From Octopus bimaculoides (lineage: Eukaryota), in the NCBI RefSeq assembly GCF_001194135.2, contig NC_068983.1:133436668-133474402 (forward strand): DNA of 37,735 nt, written 5' to 3'. Shown in pieces: positions 35,276-37,735 of this stretch; position 1 is the first letter of the stretch; each line of letters starts with the position of its first letter. Below the pieces are notes generated by a model. That model did not search any database and had not been told where the DNA came from. It saw only the letters and a list, made by a program, of their open reading frames with translations. The position numbers and the translations under genes were made by a program.

Positions 35276-35933
35276 TGTATGTATATGATACACACACGTT
35301 GTATGCATAAATATATACATACACATATATACATGTGCATATATTTATCCGTATATATAAAGATATACATATATACACATGCACACACACACACATATAT
35401 ACACATAAATGTGTGTGCATAAAATTTAATTATGTGTAAACACAGTTGCATAAAGATGTGTGTTTGCGTATGCATCTATACACATATATGCGATAATAAT
35501 GTGTATGCGCCAGTGTGTTTGTGTGTGTGTGTTTGTGTGTGCGCGCGTGTGTGTGTGTTTGTGTGTGCGCGCGTGTGTGTGTGTTTGTGTGTGTGTGAAA
35601 GAGAGAGTGAGTATGACACAATCCTAATTAGTGGAAGACATATAGAGACTTGTAAAATATTTACAATGACATGAACAAAATACTTGTGAAAAACTGTTGA
35701 AAAGAGATCAGTTAAAAGAGTTGAAGACAAATGTAAATATATATAGTCCAACCTGAAAACTGAACGTTGGCTGTTAGAGGATTGTGAATGTTGGAAGCCA
35801 ACAATGTATATTTACAAAAAAAGAGAAATACACACACACAACTACATCGCAACACTTGTGTTTTAATGGACTATTATTTCATGACTGCCCAATACAAATA
35901 GTCATAGGTGTTCTGTTGTAAAGATATTTAATA

Positions 35934-35964
<31 letters not shown>

Positions 35965-36047
35965 TTGTGTGTACATAAACACATTCGCCGATGTGCATTT
36001 TATGTGTATATGTATATATTCATTTTATGTGCATGTATATAAAACTT

Positions 36048-36100
<53 letters not shown>

Positions 36101-37594
36101 GCATGTGTGTAGCGTGCGTGAGTGAGTTTCAGAGACAGCGAGCTTTTGTATATGAAATGTGTGGATGTGTGGTGTGCATGTGTGTCCATGAGATAATTTT
36201 AATTAATGCAAAGAGATTTTAATTATTTTTTAAAGAGAACTTTCGAAACTATCGAAAGATTCGATATGCATGTTCACAGGATAAATAATGAAAAAAAAAA
36301 GATACTAATAATATTAATAATAACAATTATATTGATTTGTTAAAAGACACAAACCTCAAAATTTGGGGAAGCGAACAGTCGCTCATAACGACCACGGAAG
36401 TCGACTATAACGACACCGGAAGTATTTGACCAAAGATAAAACTAAAAAAAAAAAAAGTATTGTATTGTCAATTGATTAAAACTGCACCAGCACAATTACA
36501 GTGTTACATAAAGTGTATCTATAATGAGAATTATACATACGTGCAAATTTAGAATTTTACATGCAGTCATACACCTATATAAGAGTTTTTGATCGTGTGC
36601 ACATATGTGATTGATAGCAAATAAGCAAATATGTACGAAGAAGCATGTGTGTGTACATATATATATATACATATATATACACACACACATATATNNNNNN
36701 NNNNNNNNNNNNNNNNNNNNNNNNNNNNNNNNNNNNNNNNNNNNNNNNNNNNNNNNNNNNNNNNNNNNNNNNNNNNNNNNNNNNNNNNNNNNNNNNNNNN
36801 NNNNNNNNNNNNNNNNNNNNNNNNNNNNNNNNNNNNNNNNNNNNNNNNNNNNNNNNNNNNNNNNNNNNNNNNNNNNNNNNNNNNNNNNNNNNATATAATT
36901 ATATGTATGTATTTGTATATATATAATTATAAATACGCAAATTTACATTTATATACGCATACAGACATATATATGTATATACATATACATACGTTAAATC
37001 ATAGTGCTTCAGTTAAACTCAAACTGTCCATTATTTAAAAGTTTCATATTCCAGAAGAAACCCAGTACAATAATTTTAAAATGGAATCAACAGAAATTAT
37101 TTTTCAAAAACAGTTCTAATGCTTTTATTACGCGTTGTAGCTATCTGGAGTTTATTGTAGTGCAATTCCCTTCTGCAATAAGAAACTTTAAGTCAGGGAC
37201 ATCTTGGTTTACACCTAAGCATAATAATTTAATAAATATTTCATTCTATTAAAGGTGTTAAATACATTCATTTATTTTCTTCGTGAAGGCACAAACAAAT
37301 ACACGTGTGTGCATATGTGTATGTGTGACTGCAAGCGATTGTGTGCGCAAGCGTGTGCGTGTACATAAAGTTGTAAATCTGTGGAGAAGTATTTGTTTAT
37401 GAATGTATAGGATTATAAATATATGCAGTGCATTTATACATGTATAGGTGTATGTAAGAATGCGGATTTTAATCACTACCTACAGGTCCTACATGTATTA
37501 CAATGAAATGGGTATCACATATGATGTATATATATATATGTGTGTGGGGGGTGTATGTGTGTGTATTTATATACATATATATATATATATACAA

Positions 37595-37649
<55 letters not shown>

Positions 37650-37735
37650 GAAAAACATGTACTTACGTGGATATATACACATATGTATATGTACACTCAT
37701 ACATGCATGTAAATGAATGCATATATATATATACA
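35190..37735. repeat. Microsatellite-rich region 3' of the receptor stop codon (putative 3' UTR or downstream)
   Basis: Mixed (TA)n, (CA)n and (TG)n tracts; no credible coding signal. Confidence 0.85.

Noticed and set aside
37231-37253. AATAAA/ATTAAA as the receptor polyadenylation signal
   Set aside because: Such hexamers are frequent in AT-rich DNA and cannot be assigned without 3'-end data.

Overview
AT-rich eukaryotic genomic DNA from a draft assembly, with nine N-gaps that all abut microsatellites. The repeat content (tRNA-derived SINEs, very dense (CA)n/(TA)n/(TAGA)n tracts) resembles octopus; this is an inference from repeat sequence, not a database result. There is one real gene: a single-coding-exon class A GPCR (32362..35163, +, 933 aa) with B-type muscarinic acetylcholine receptor motifs. 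It has a ~570-aa third intracellular loop and Trp instead of the usual Tyr right after the TM3 Asp. The upstream 32 kb is a transposon graveyard: at least seven Penelope-like (PLE) RT/GIY-YIG remnants, a mariner fossil, a mariner-type MITE, a CR1/L2-like LINE fragment and about 14 SINE pieces. The most unusual structure is a ~560-bp fold-back element (4134..4697) whose two inverted arms each carry a type I hammerhead ribozyme motif. A second, smaller inverted pair of hammerhead-like motifs lies at 1351..1487, and further decayed hammerhead motifs occur at putative PLE termini. Almost all ORFs in the supplied track are microsatellite or gap artefacts. All alignments were done by eye.
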